Shown: positions 51,981-64,000 of the stretch, piece by piece
Layout: each line of letters begins with the position of its first letter
Numbering within the stretch: position 1 is the stretch's first letter
Source of the DNA: the human T2T-CHM13v2.0 reference genome, Homo sapiens
NCBI RefSeq assembly: GCF_009914755.1
Contig: NC_060928.1
Direction: 5' to 3' (one strand)
Length of the DNA: 64,000 bases
Translations under genes and position numbers: made by a program
The notes under the pieces: generated by a model
What the model saw: only the letters and a program-made list of their open reading frames with translations
What the model was told of the DNA's origin: nothing
The model's database searches: none

Positions 51981-54900
51981 CATTCTCAGAAACTTATTTG
52001 TGATGTGTGTCCTCAACTAACAGAGTTGAACCTTGGTTTTGATACAGCATTTTGGAAACACTCCTTTTGTAGAATCTGCAGGTGGATATGTGGATAGCTC
52101 TGAAGATTTCGTTGGAAACGGGAATTTCTTCATATAAAATCAAACAGAAGCATTCTCAGAAACTTCTCAGTGATGTTTGCATTCAGCTCATGGAGTTGAA
52201 CACTTCCTTTCATAGAGCCGGTTTGAAACACTCTTTCTGCACTACCTGGAAGAGGACATTTCGAGCGCTTTGAGTCCTATGGTGAAAAAGGAAATATCTT
52301 CTCATAAAAACCAGAAAGAAGCATTCTCAGAAACTTCTTTGTGTTGTGTGTACTCATGTAACAGTGTTGAACCATCCTTTTGACAGAGCAGTTTTGAAAC
52401 ACTCTTTTTGTAGAATCTGCAAGTGGATATTTGGATAGCTTTGAGGATTTCGTTGGAAACGGGATGACATATAATATCTAGAGAGAAGCATTCTCAGGAA
52501 CTTCTTTGTGATGTTTGCATTCAAGTCACAGAATTGAACATTACCTTTCATAGAGCAGGTTTGAAACACTCTTTCTCTAGTATCTGGAAGTGGGCATTTC
52601 AAGCGCTTTCAGGCCTATGGAGAGAAAGGAAATACCTTCAAATAAAAACTAGACAGAAGCATTCTCAGAAACTTATTTGTGATGTGTGTCCTCAACTAAC
52701 AGAGTTGAACCTTTGTTTTGATACAGCATTTTGGAAACACTCCTTTTGTAGAATCTGCAGGTGGATATTTGGATAGCTTTGAAGATTTCGTTGGAAACCG
52801 GAATATCTTCATATAAAATCAAGACAGAAGCATTCTCGGAAACATCTCTGTGATGTTTGCATTCAACTCAGTAGAGTTGAACACTTCCTTTCATAGAGCC
52901 CGTTTGAAACACTCTTTCTGCACTACCTGGAAGCGGACATTTCGAGCGCTTTGAGGCCTATGGTGAAAAAGGAAATATCTTCTCATAAAAACCAGAAGGA
53001 AGCATTCTCAGAAACTTCTTTGTGTTGTGTGTACTCAAGTAACAGTGTTGAACCTTCCTTTTGACACAGCAGTTTTGAAACACTCTTTTGGTAGAATCTG
53101 CAAGTGGATATTTGGATAGCTTTGAGGATTTCGTTGGAAACGGGTTATCTTCATATAAAATCCAGACAGGAGCATTCTCAGAAACTTCTTTGTGCTGTAT
53201 GTCCTCAATTCACAGAGCTGAACCTTTGTTTGGATACAGCGTTTTGGAGACATTCCTTTAGTAGAATCTGCAAGTTGATATTTAGATAGCTTTGAAGATT
53301 TCGTTGGAAACGGGAATATCTTCATAGAAAATCTAGACGGAAGCATTCTCAGAAACTGCTTTGTGATGTTTGCATTCAAGTCACAGAGTTGAATATTCCC
53401 TTTTATAGAGTAGGTTTGAAACACTCTTTCGGCACTACCTGGAAGTGGATATTTCGAGCTCTTTGAGGCCTATGGTTAAAAGGAAATATCTTCCCATAAA
53501 AACTAGACAGAAGCCGTCTCAGAAACTTGTTTGTGATGTGTGTATTCAACTACCAGAGTTGAACATTTCTGTTACAGAGCAATTTTAAAACACTCTTTTT
53601 GTGGAATCTGAAAGTGGATAATTGGATAGCTTTGTGGATTTCGTTGGAAACGGGATGACGTATAAAATCTAGAGAGAAGCATTCTCAGGAACTTCTTTCT
53701 GATGTTTGCATTCAAGTCACAGAATTGAACATTCCTTTTCATAGTGCAGGTTTGAAACACTCTTTCTGTAGTATCTGGAAGTGGACATTTCAAGCGCTTT
53801 CAGGCCTACGGGGAGAAAGGAAATATCTTCAAATAAAAACTAGACAGAAGGATTCTCAGAAACTTATTTGTGATGTGTGTCCTAAACGAACACAGTTGAA
53901 CCTTTGTTTTGATACAGCATTTTGGAAACACTCCTTTTGTAGGATCTGCAGGTGGATATTTGGATAGATTTTAAGATTTCGTTGGAAACGGGAATTTCTT
54001 CATAGAAACTCAAGACAGATGCATTCTCAGAAACTTCTCTGTGATGTTTGCATTCCACTCATAGAGTTGAAGACTTCCTTTCATAGAGCAGGTTTGAAAC
54101 ACTCTTTTTGTAATATTTGGAAGTGGACATTTGCAGCGCTTTGAGGCCTATGGTGAAAAAGGAAATATCTTCTCATAAAAACCAGAAAAAAGCATTCTCA
54201 GAAACTTCTTTTTGATGTGTGTACTCAAGTAACAGAGTTGAACCTTCCTTTTGACACAGCAGTTTTGAAACAATCTTTTTGTAGAATCTGCAAGTGGATA
54301 TTTGGATAGCTTTGAGGATTTCGTTGGAAACGGGATATCTTCATATAAAATCTAGACAGAAGCATTCTCAGAAACTTCTTTGTGCTGTATGTCCTCAATT
54401 AACGAGTTGAACCATTGCTTGGATACAGCATTTTGGAAACATTCCTTTAGTAGAATCTGCAAGTTGATATTTAGATAGATTTGAAGATTTCGTTGGAAAC
54501 GGGAATATCTTCATAGAAAATCTAGACGGAAGCATTCTCAGAAACTGCTTTGTGATGTTTCCATTCAAGTCAGAGTTGAATATTCTCTTTTATAGAGCAC
54601 GTTTGAAACACTTTTTCTGCACTATCTGGAAGTGGACATTTCGAGCGCTTTGAGGCCTATGGTGAAAAAGGAAATATCTTCCCATAAAAACTAGACAGAA
54701 GCATTCTCAGAAACTTGTTTGTGATGTGTGTATTCAACTAACAGAGTTGAACTTTTGTTTTTACAGAGCCGTTTTAAAACACTCTTTTTGTGGAATCAGA
54801 AAGTGGATATTCGGATGGCTCTGAGGATTTCGTTGGAAGCGGGATTACATATAAAATCTAGAGAGAAGCATTCTCAGGAACTCCTTTGTGATGTTTGCAT

Positions 54901-55039
54901 TGAAGTCACAGAATTGAACATTCACTTTGATAGAGCAGGTTTGAAACACTCATTCTGTAGTATCTGGAAGTGGACATTTCAAGCGCTTTCAGGCCTATGG
55001 TGAGAAAGGAAATATCTTCGAATGAAAACTAGACAGAAG
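51981..55039 (+). repeat. HOR17, 18-mer structural variant (3,059 bp) lacking m1, plus 1-bp and 2-bp deletions
   Basis: The m19 end is followed directly by m2 (CATTCTC...AACCTTGGTTTT...GGATATGTGG) with no CATCCTC or GAGGGATTCG. Small deletions lie at ~54403 and ~54571. Confidence 0.93.
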
Positions 55040-58000
55040 CATCCTCAGAAACTTATTTGTGATGTGTGTCCTCAACTAACAGAGTTGAAACATTGTTTTG
55101 ATACAGCATTTTGGAAACAGTCTTTTTGTAGAATCTGCAGGTGGATATTTGGATAGCTTAGAGGGATTCGTTGGAAAGGGGATATCTTCATATAAAATCT
55201 AGACAGAAGCATTCTCAGAAACTTATTTGTGATGTGTGTCCTCAACTAACAGAGTTGAACCTTGGTTTTGATACAGCATTTTGGAAACACTCCTTTTGTA
55301 GAATCTGCAGGTGGATATGTGGATAGCTCTGAAGATTTCGTTGGAAACGGGAATTTCTTCATATAAAATCAAACAGAAGCATTCTCAGAAACTTCTCAGT
55401 GATGTTTGCATTCAGCTCATGGAGTTGAACACTTCCTTTCATAGAGCCGGTTTGAAACACTCTTTCTGCACTACCTGGAAGAGGACATTTCGAGCGCTTT
55501 GAGTCCTATGGTGAAAAAGGAAATATCTTCTCATAAAAACCAGAAAGAAGCATTCTCAGAAACTTCTTTGTGTTGTGTGTACTCATGTAACAGTGTTGAA
55601 CCATCCTTTTGACAGAGCAGTTTTGAAACACTCTTTTTGTAGAATCTGCAAGTGGATATTTGGATAGCTTTGAGGATTTCGTTGGAAACGGGATGACATA
55701 TAATATCTAGAGAGAAGCATTCTCAGGAACTTCTTTGTGATGTTTGCATTCAAGTCACAGAATTGAACATTCCCTTTCATAGAGCAGGTTTGAAACACTC
55801 TTTCTCTAGTATCTGGAAGTGGGCATTTCAAGCGCTTTCAGGCCTATGGAGGGAAAGGAAATACCTTCAAATAAAAACTAGACAGAAGCATTCTCAGAAA
55901 CTTATTTGTGATGTGTGTCCTCAACTAACAGAGTTGAACCTTTGTTTTGATACAGCATTTTGGAAACACTCCTTTTGTAGAATCTGCAGGTGGATATTTG
56001 GATAGCTTTGAAGATTTCGTTGGAAACCGGAATATCTTCATATAAAATCAAGACAGAAGCATTCTCGGAAACATCTCTGTGATGTTTGCATTCAACTCAG
56101 TAGAGTTGAACACTTCCTTTCATAGAGCAGGTTTGAAACACTCTTTCTGCACTACCTGGAAGCGGACATTTCGAGCGCTTTGAGGCCTATGGTGAAAAAG
56201 GAAATATCTTCTCATAAAAACCAGAAAGAAGCATTCTCAGAAACTTCTTTGTGTTGTGTGTACTCAAGTAACAGTGTTGAACCTTCCTTTTGACACAGCA
56301 GTTTTGAAACACTCTTTTGGTAGAATCTGCAAGTGGATATTTGGATAGCTTTGAGGATTTCGTTGGAAACGGGTTATCTTCATATAAAATCCAGACAGGA
56401 GCATTCTCAGAAACTTCTTTGTGCTGCATGTCCTCAATTCACAGAGCTGAACCTTTGTTTGGATACAGCATTTTGGAGACATTCCTTTAGTAGAATCTGC
56501 AAGTTGATATTTAGATAGCTTTGAAGATTTCGTTGGAAACGGGAATATCTTCATAGAAAATCTAGACGGAAGCATTCTCAGAAACTGCTTTGTGATGTTT
56601 GCATTCAAGTCACAGAGTTGAATATTCCCTTTTATAGAGTAGGTTTGAAACTCTCTTTCGGCACTACCTGGAAGTGGATATTTCGAGCTCTTTGAGGCCT
56701 ATGGTTAAAAGGAAATATCTTCCCATAAAAACTAGACAGAAGCCGTCTCAGAAACTTGTTTGTGATGTGTGTATTCAACTACCAGAGTTGAACATTTCTG
56801 TTACAGAGCAATTTTAAAACACTCTTTTTGTGGAATCTGAAAGTGGATAATTGGATAGCTTTGTGGATTTCGTTGGAAACGGGATGACGTATAAAATCTA
56901 GAGAGAAGCATTCTCAGGAACTTCTTTCTGATGTTTGCATTCAAGTCACAGAATTGAACATTCCTTTTCATAGTGCAGGTTTGAAACACTCTTTCTGTAG
57001 TATCTGGAAGTGGACATTTCAAGCGCTTTCAGGCCTACGGGGAGAAAGGAAATATCTTCAAATAAAAACTAGACAGAAGGATTCTCAGAAACTTATTTGT
57101 GATGTGTGTCCTAAACGAACACAGTTGAACCTTTGTTTTGATACAGCATTTTGGAAACACTCCTTTTGTAGGATCTGCAGGTGGATATTTGGATAGATTT
57201 TAAGATTTCGTTGGAAACGGGAATTTCTTCATAGAAACTCAAGACAGATGCATTCTCAGAAACTTCTCTGTGATGTTTGCATTCCACTCATAGAGTTGAA
57301 GACTTCCTTTCATAGAGCAGGTTTGAAACACTCTTTTTGTAATATTTGGAAGTGGACATTTGCAGCGCTTTGAGGCCTATGGTGAAAAAGGAAATATCTT
57401 CTCATAAAAACCAGAAAAAAGCATTCTCAGAAACTTCTTTTTGATGTGTGTACTCAAGTAACAGAGTTGAACCTTCCTTTTGACACAGCAGTTTTGAAAC
57501 AATCTTTTTGTAGAATCTGCAAGTGGATATTTGGATAGCTTTGAGGATTTCGTTGGAAACGGGATATCTTCATATAAAATCTAGACAGAAGCATTCTCAG
57601 AAACTTCTTTGTGCTGTATGTCCTCAATTAACGAGTTGAACCATTGCTTGGATACAGCATTTTGGAAACATTCCTTTAGTAGAATCTGCAAGTTGATATT
57701 TAGATAGATTTGAAGATTTCGTTGGAAACGGGAATATCTTCATAGAAAATCTAGACGGAAGCATTCTCAGAAACTGCTTTGTGATGTTTCCATTCAAGTC
57801 AGAGTTGAATATTCTCTTTTATAGAGCACGTTTGAAACACTCTTTCTGCACTATCTGGAAGTGGACATTTCGAGCGCTTTGAGGCCTATGGTGAAAAAGG
57901 AAATATCTTCCCATAAAAACTAGACAGAAGCATTCTCAGAAACTTGTTTGTGATGTGTGTATTCAACTAACAGAGTTGAACTTTTGTTTTTACAGAGCCG

Positions 58001-58268
58001 TTTTAAAACACTCTTTTTGTGGAATCAGAAAGTGGATATTCGGATGGCTCTGAGGATTTCGTTGGAAGCGGGATTACATATAAAATCTAGAGAGAAGCAT
58101 TCTCAGGAACTTCTTTGTGATGTTTGCATTGAAGTCACAGAATTGAACATTCACTTTGATAGAGCAGGTTTGAAACACTCATTCTGTAGTATCTGGAAGT
58201 GGACATTTCAAGCGCTTTCAGGCCTATGGTGAGAAAGGAAATATCTTCGAATGAAAACTAGACAGAAG
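55040..58268 (+). repeat. HOR18, 19-mer, 3,229 bp (same 1-bp and 2-bp deletions as HOR17)
   Basis: AATTAACGAGTTG at ~57632 and CAAGTCAGAGTTG at ~57800. Confidence 0.9.
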
Positions 58269-61200
58269 CATCCTCAGAAACTTATTTGTGATGTGTGTCC
58301 TCAACTAACAGAGTTGAAACTTTGTTTTGATACAGCATTTTGGAAACAGTCTTTTTGTAGAATCTGCAGGTGGATATTTGGATAGCTTAGAGGGATTCGT
58401 TGGAAAGGGGATATCTTCATATAAAATCTAGACAGAAGCATTCTCAGAAACTTATTTGTGATGTGTGTCCTCAACTAACAGAGTTGAACCTTGGTTTTGA
58501 TACAGCATTTTGGAAACACTCCTTTTGTAGAATCTGCAGGTGGATATGTGGATAGCTCTGAAGATTTCGTTGGAAACGGGAATTTCTTCATATAAAATCA
58601 AACAGAAGCATTCTCAGAAACTTCTCAGTGATGTTTGCATTCAGCTCATGGAGTTGAACACTTCCTTTCATAGAGCCGGTTTGAAACACTCTTTCTGCAC
58701 TACCTGGAAGAGGACATTTCGAGCGCTTTGAGTCCTATGGTGAAAAAGGAAATATCTTCTCATAAAAACCAGAAAGAAGCATTCTCAGAAACTTCTTTGT
58801 GTTGTGTGTACTCATGTAACAGTGTTGAACCATCCTTTTGACAGAGCAGTTTTGAAACACTCTTTTTGTAGAATCTGCAAGTGGATATTTGGATAGCTTT
58901 GAGGATTTCGTTGGAAACGGGATGACATATAATATCTAGAGAGAAGCATTCTCAGGAACTTCTTTGTGATGTTTGCATTCAAGTCACAGAATTGAACATT
59001 CCCTTTCATAGAGCAGGTTTGAAACACTCTTTCTCTAGTATCTGGAAGTGGGCATTTCAAGCGCTTTCAGGCCTATGGAGAGAAAGGAAATACCTTCAAA
59101 TAAAAACTAGACAGAAGCATTCTCAGAAACTTATTTGTGATGTGTGTCCTCAACTAACAGAGTTGAACCTTTGTTTTGATACAGCATTTTGGAAACACTC
59201 CTTTTGTAGAATCTGCAGGTGGATATTTGGATAGCTTTGAAGATTTCGTTGGAAACCGGAATATCTTCATATAAAATCAAGACAGAAGCATTCTCGGAAA
59301 CATCTCTGTGATGTTTGCATTCAACTCAGTAGAGTTGAACACTTCCTTTCATAGAGCAGGTTTGAAACACTCTTTCTGCACTACCTGGAAGCGGACATTT
59401 CGAGCGCTTTGAGGCCTATGGTGAAAAAGGAAATATCTTCTCATAAAAACCAGAAAGAAGCATTCTCAGAAACTTCTTTGTGTTGTGTGTACTCAAGTAA
59501 CAGTGTTGAACCTTCCTTTTGACACAGCAGTTTTGAAACACTCTTTTGGTAGAATCTGCAAGTGGATATTTGGATAGCTTTGAGGATTTCTTTGGAAACG
59601 GGTTATCTTCATATAAAATCAGACAGGAGCATTCTCAGAAACTTCTTTGTGCTGTATGTCCTCAATTCACAGAGCTGAACCTTTGTTTGGATACAGCATT
59701 TTGGAAACATTCCTTTAGTAGAATCTGCAAGTTGATATTTAGATAGCTTTGAAGATTTCGTTGGAAACGGGAATATCTTCATAGAAAATCTAGACGGAAG
59801 CATTCTCAGAAACTGCTTTGTGATGTTTGCATTCAAGTCACAGAGTTGAATATTCCCTTTTATAGAGTAGGTTTGAAACACTCTTTCGGCACTACCTGGA
59901 AGTGGATATTTCGAGCTCTTTGAGGCCTATGGTTAAAAGGAAATATCTTCCCATAAAAACTAGACAGAAGCCGTCTCAGAAACTTGTTTGTGATGTGTGT
60001 ATTCAACTACCAGAGTTGAACATTTCTGTTACAGAGCAATTTTAAAACACTCTTTTTGTGGAATCTGAAAGTGGATAATTGGATAGCTTTGTGGATTTCG
60101 TTGGAAACGGGATGACGTATAAAATCTAGAGAGAAGCATTCTCAGGAACTTCTTTCTGATGTTTGCATTCAAGTCACAGAATTGAACATTCCTTTTCATA
60201 GTGCAGGTTTGAAACACTCTTTCTGTAGTATCTGGAAGTGGACATTTCAAGCGCTTTCAGGCCTACGGGGAGAAAGGAAATATCTTCAAATAAAAACTAG
60301 ACAGAAGCATTCTCAGAAACTTATTTGTGATGTGTGTCCTAAACGAACACAGTTGAACCTTTGTTTTGATACAGCATTTTGGAAACACTCCTTTTGTAGG
60401 ATCTGCACGTGGATATTTGGATAGATTTTAAGATTTCGTTGGAAACGGGAATTTCTTCATAGAAACTCAAGACAGATGCATTCTCCGAAACTTCTCTGTG
60501 ATGTTTGCATTCCACTCATAGAGTTGAAAACTTCCTTTCATAGAGCAGGTTTGAAACACTCTTTTTGTAATATTTGGAAGTGGACATTTGCAGCGCTTTG
60601 AGGCCTATGGTGAAAAAGGAAATATCTTCTCATAAAAACCAGAAAAAAGCATTCTCAGAAACTTCTTTTTGATGTGTGTACTCAAGTAACAGAGTTGAAC
60701 CTTCCTTTTGACACAGCAGTTTTGAAACAATCTTTTTGTAGAATCTGCAAGTGGATATTTGGATAGCTTTGAGGATTTCGTTGGAAACGGGATATCTTCA
60801 TATAAAATCTAGACAGAAGCATTCTCAGAAACTTCTTTGTGCTGTATGTCCTCAATTAACAGAGTTGAACCATTGCTTGGATACAGCATTTTGGAAACAT
60901 TCCTTCAGTAGAATCTGCAAGTTGATATTTAGATAGATTTGAAGATTTCGTTGGAAACGGGAATATCTTCATAGAAAATCTAGACGGAAGCATTCTCAGA
61001 AACTGCTTTGTGATGTTTCCATTCAAGTCAGAGAGTTGAATATTCTCTTTTATAGAGCACGTTTGAAACACTCTTTCTGCACTATCTGGAAGTGGACATT
61101 TCGAGCGCTTTGAGGCCTATGGTGAAAAAGGAAATATCTTCCCATAAAAACTAGACAGAAGCATTCTCAGAAACTTGTTTGTGATGTGTGTATTCAACTA

Positions 61201-61499
61201 ACAGAGTTGAACTTTTGTTTTTACAGAGCCGTTTTAAAACACTCTTTTTGTGGAATCAGAAAGTGGATATTCGGATGGCTCTGAGGATTTCGTTGGAAGC
61301 GGGATTACATATAAAATCTAGAGAGAAGCATTCTCAGGAACTTCTTTGTGATGTTTGCATTGAAGTCACAGAATTGAACATTCACTTTGATAGAGCAGGT
61401 TTGAAACACTCATTCTGTAGTATCTGGAAGTGGACATTTCAAGCGCTTTCAGGCCTATGGTGAGAAAGGAAATATCTTCGAATGAAAACTAGACAGAAG
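58269..61499 (+). repeat. HOR19, 19-mer, 3,231 bp
   Basis: 1-bp deletion at ~59620 (AAAATCAGAC vs AAAATCCAGAC). Confidence 0.9.
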
Positions 61500-64000
61500 C
61501 ATCCTCAGAAACTTATTTGTGATGTGTGTCCTCAACTAACAGAGTTGAAACTTTGTTTTGATACAGCATTTTGGAAACAGTCTTTTTGTAGAATCTGCAG
61601 GTGGATATTTGGATAGCTTAGAGGGATTCGTTGGAAAGGGGATATCTTCATATAAAATCTAGACAGAAGCATTCTCAGAAACTTATTTGTGATGTGTGTC
61701 CTCAACTAACAGAGTTGAACCTTGGTTTTGATACAGCATTTTGGAAACACTCCTTTTGTAGAATCTGCAGGTGGATATGTGGATAGCTCTGAAGATTTCG
61801 TTGGAAACGGGAATTTCTTCATATAAAATCAAACAGAAGCATTCTCAGAAACTTCTCAGTGATGTTTGCATTCAGCTCATGGAGTTGAACACTTCCTTTC
61901 ATAGAGCCGGTTTGAAACACTCTTTCTGCACTACCTGGAAGAGGACATTTCGAGCGCTTTGAGTCCTATGGTGAAAAAGGAAATATCTTCTCATAAAAAC
62001 CAGAAAGAAGCATTCTCAGAAACTTCTTTGTGTTGTGTGTACTCATGTAACAGTGTTGAACCATCCTTTTGACAGAGCAGTTTGGAAACACTCTTTTTGT
62101 AGAATCTGCAAGTGGATATTTGGATAGCTTTGAGGATTTCGTTGGAAACGGGATGACATATAATATCTAGAGAGAAGCATTCTCAGGAACTTCTTTGTGA
62201 TGTTTGCATTCAAGTCACAGAATTGAACATTCCCTTTCATAGAGCAGGTTTGAAACACTCTTTCTCTAGTATCTGGAAGTGGGCATTTCAAGCGCTTTCA
62301 GGCCTATGGAGAGAAAGGAAATACCTTCAAATAAAAACTAGACAGAAGCATTCTCAGAAACTTATTTGTGATGTGTGTCCTCAACTAACAGAGTTGAACC
62401 TTTGTTTTGATACAGCATTTTGGAAACACTCCTTTTGTAGAATCTGCAGGTGGATATTTGGATAGCTTTGAAGATTTCGTTGGAAACCGGAATATCTTCA
62501 TATAAAATCAAGACAGAAGCATTCTCGGAAACATCTCTGTGATGTTTGCATTCAACTCAGTAGAGTTGAACACTTCCTTTCATAGAGCAGGTTTGAAACA
62601 CTCTTTCTGCACTACCTGGAAGCGGACATTTCGAGCGCTTTGAGGCCTATGGTGAAAAAGGAAATATCTTCTCATAAAAACCAGAAAGAAGCATTCTCAG
62701 AAACTTCTTTGTGTTGTGTGTACTCAAGTAACAGTGTTGAACCTTCCTTTTGACACAGCAGTTTTGAAACACTCTTTTGGTAGAATCTGCAAGTGGATAT
62801 TTGGATAGCTTTGAGGATTTCGTTGGAAACGGGTTATCTTCATATAAAATCCAGACAGGAGCATTCTCAGAAACTTCTTTGTGCTGTATGTCCTCAATTC
62901 ACAGAGCTGAACCTTTGTTTGGATACAGCATTTTGGAGACATTCCTTTAGTAGAATCTGCAAGTTGATATTTAGATAGCTTTGAAGATTTCGTTGGAAAC
63001 GGGAATATCTTCATAGAAAATCTAGACGGAAGCATTCTCAGAAACTGCTTTGTGATGTTTGCATTCAAGTCACAGAGTTGAATATTCCCTTTTATAGAGC
63101 AGGTTTGAAACACTCTTTCGGCACTACCTGGAAGTGGATATTTCGAGCTCTTTGAGGCCTATGGTTAAAAGGAAATATCTTCCCATAAAAACTAGACAGA
63201 AGCCGTCTCAGAAACTTGTTTGTGATGTGTGTATTCAACTAACAGAGTTGAACATTTCTGTTACAGAGCAATTTTAAAACACTCTTTTTGTGGAATCTGA
63301 AAGTGGATAATTGGATAGCTTTGTGGATTTCGTTGGAAACGGGATGACGTATAAAATCTAGAGAGAAGCATTCTCAGGAACTTCTTTCTGATGTTTGCAT
63401 TCAAGTCACAGAATTGAACATTCCTTTTCATAGTGCAGGTTTGAAACACTCTTTCTGTAGTATCTGGAAGTGGACATTTCAAGCGCTTTCAGGCCTACGG
63501 GGAGAAAGGAAATATCTTCAAATAAAAACTAGACAGAAGCATTCTCAGAAACTTATTTGTGATGTGTGTCCTAAACGAACACAGTTGAACCTTTGTTTTG
63601 ATACAGCATTTTGGAAACACTCCTTTTGTAGGATCTGCAGGTGGATATTTGGATAGATTTTAAGATTTCGTTGGAAACGGGAATTTCTTCATAGAAACTC
63701 AAGACTGATGCATTCTCCGAAACTTCTCTGTGATGTTTGCATTCCACTCATAGAGTTGAAGACTTCCTTTCATAGAGCAGGTTTGAAACACTCTTTTTGT
63801 AATATTTGGAAGTGGACATTTGCAGCGCTTTGAGGCCTATGGTGAAAAAGGAAATATCTTCTCATAAAAACCAGAAACAAGCATTCTCAGAAACTTCTTT
63901 TTGATGTGTGTACTCAAGTAACAGAGTTGAACCTTCCTTTTGACACAGCAGTTTTGAAACAATCTTTTTGTAGAATCTGCAAGTGGATATTTGGATAGCT
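61500..64000 (+). repeat. HOR20, partial (m1 to within m15), truncated by the window end
   Basis: CATCCTCAG at 61500; collinear with other units to the end of the window. Confidence 0.9.

Larger units (their letters stand above)
1..64000 (+). repeat. D4Z1: Alpha satellite higher-order repeat array, 19-mer / 3,232-bp unit; most likely human chr4 centromeric D4Z1 (S2C4H1L, SF2)
   Basis: Alphoid motifs (CATTCTCAGAAACT, GAGTTGAAC, TTTGAAACACTCTTT, CENP-B box TTTCGTTGGAAACGGGA) recur every 166-172 bp. The marker ORF recurs at 10236, 13468, 16700 ... 49020 with an exact 3,232-bp period, and I count 19 monomers in 100-3330. Alpha satellite identity is certain; the chr4 assignment rests on the 19-mer size and the MspI pattern. 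Confidence 0.93.

Noticed and set aside
371-63656. About 200 short ORFs (61-139 aa) on both strands
   Set aside because: They recur with the HOR period, are translations of alphoid monomers, often start at GTG/TTG, and are opened or closed by random variants. There is no evidence of coding function.
1-64000. CRISPR-like pattern of conserved motifs with variable intervals
   Set aside because: The intervening sequences are homologous monomer parts rather than unique spacers, and there are no cas genes.
1-64000. Transposon (Alu/L1) insertion, inversion or non-alphoid island
   Set aside because: The period is fully explained by +/-170 bp and 1-3 bp changes. All monomers share one orientation, with no poly-A tails or target-site duplications.
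1-64000. Claim that this window is the CENP-A/kinetochore site
   Set aside because: Homogeneity and CENP-B boxes indicate a live-type array, but kinetochore position is epigenetic and needs methylation or CENP-A data.

Overview
The whole 64-kb window is one uninterrupted, head-to-tail array of primate centromeric alpha satellite (~171-bp monomers, about 375 in total). It is organised as a 19-monomer higher-order repeat (HOR) of 3,232 bp: 19 whole units plus partial units at both ends. The 19-mer/3.2-kb period, the CENP-B-box / pJ-alpha dimer pattern and two MspI sites 580 bp apart per unit fit the human chromosome 4 live array D4Z1 (S2C4H1L, suprachromosomal family 2). That assignment comes from my recollection of the family, not from a database search. 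I see no genes, transposons or inversions, and every ORF in the track is a repeat artefact. I found no novel gene-based system; what deserves a second look is the array's evolution. (i) The 19-mer decomposes as 7+7+4+1 monomers with a fused monomer. (ii) One 20-mer and one 18-mer variant both rearrange the same monomer pair. (iii) Recent single-HOR tandem duplications are visible. (iv) Three HOR haplotype zones occur with mosaic tracts. (v) A CENP-B box is inactive left of ~51 kb and intact to the right. Monomer labels m1-m19 and HOR numbers are my own, with m1 starting at the unique CATCCTCAGAA at position 100.
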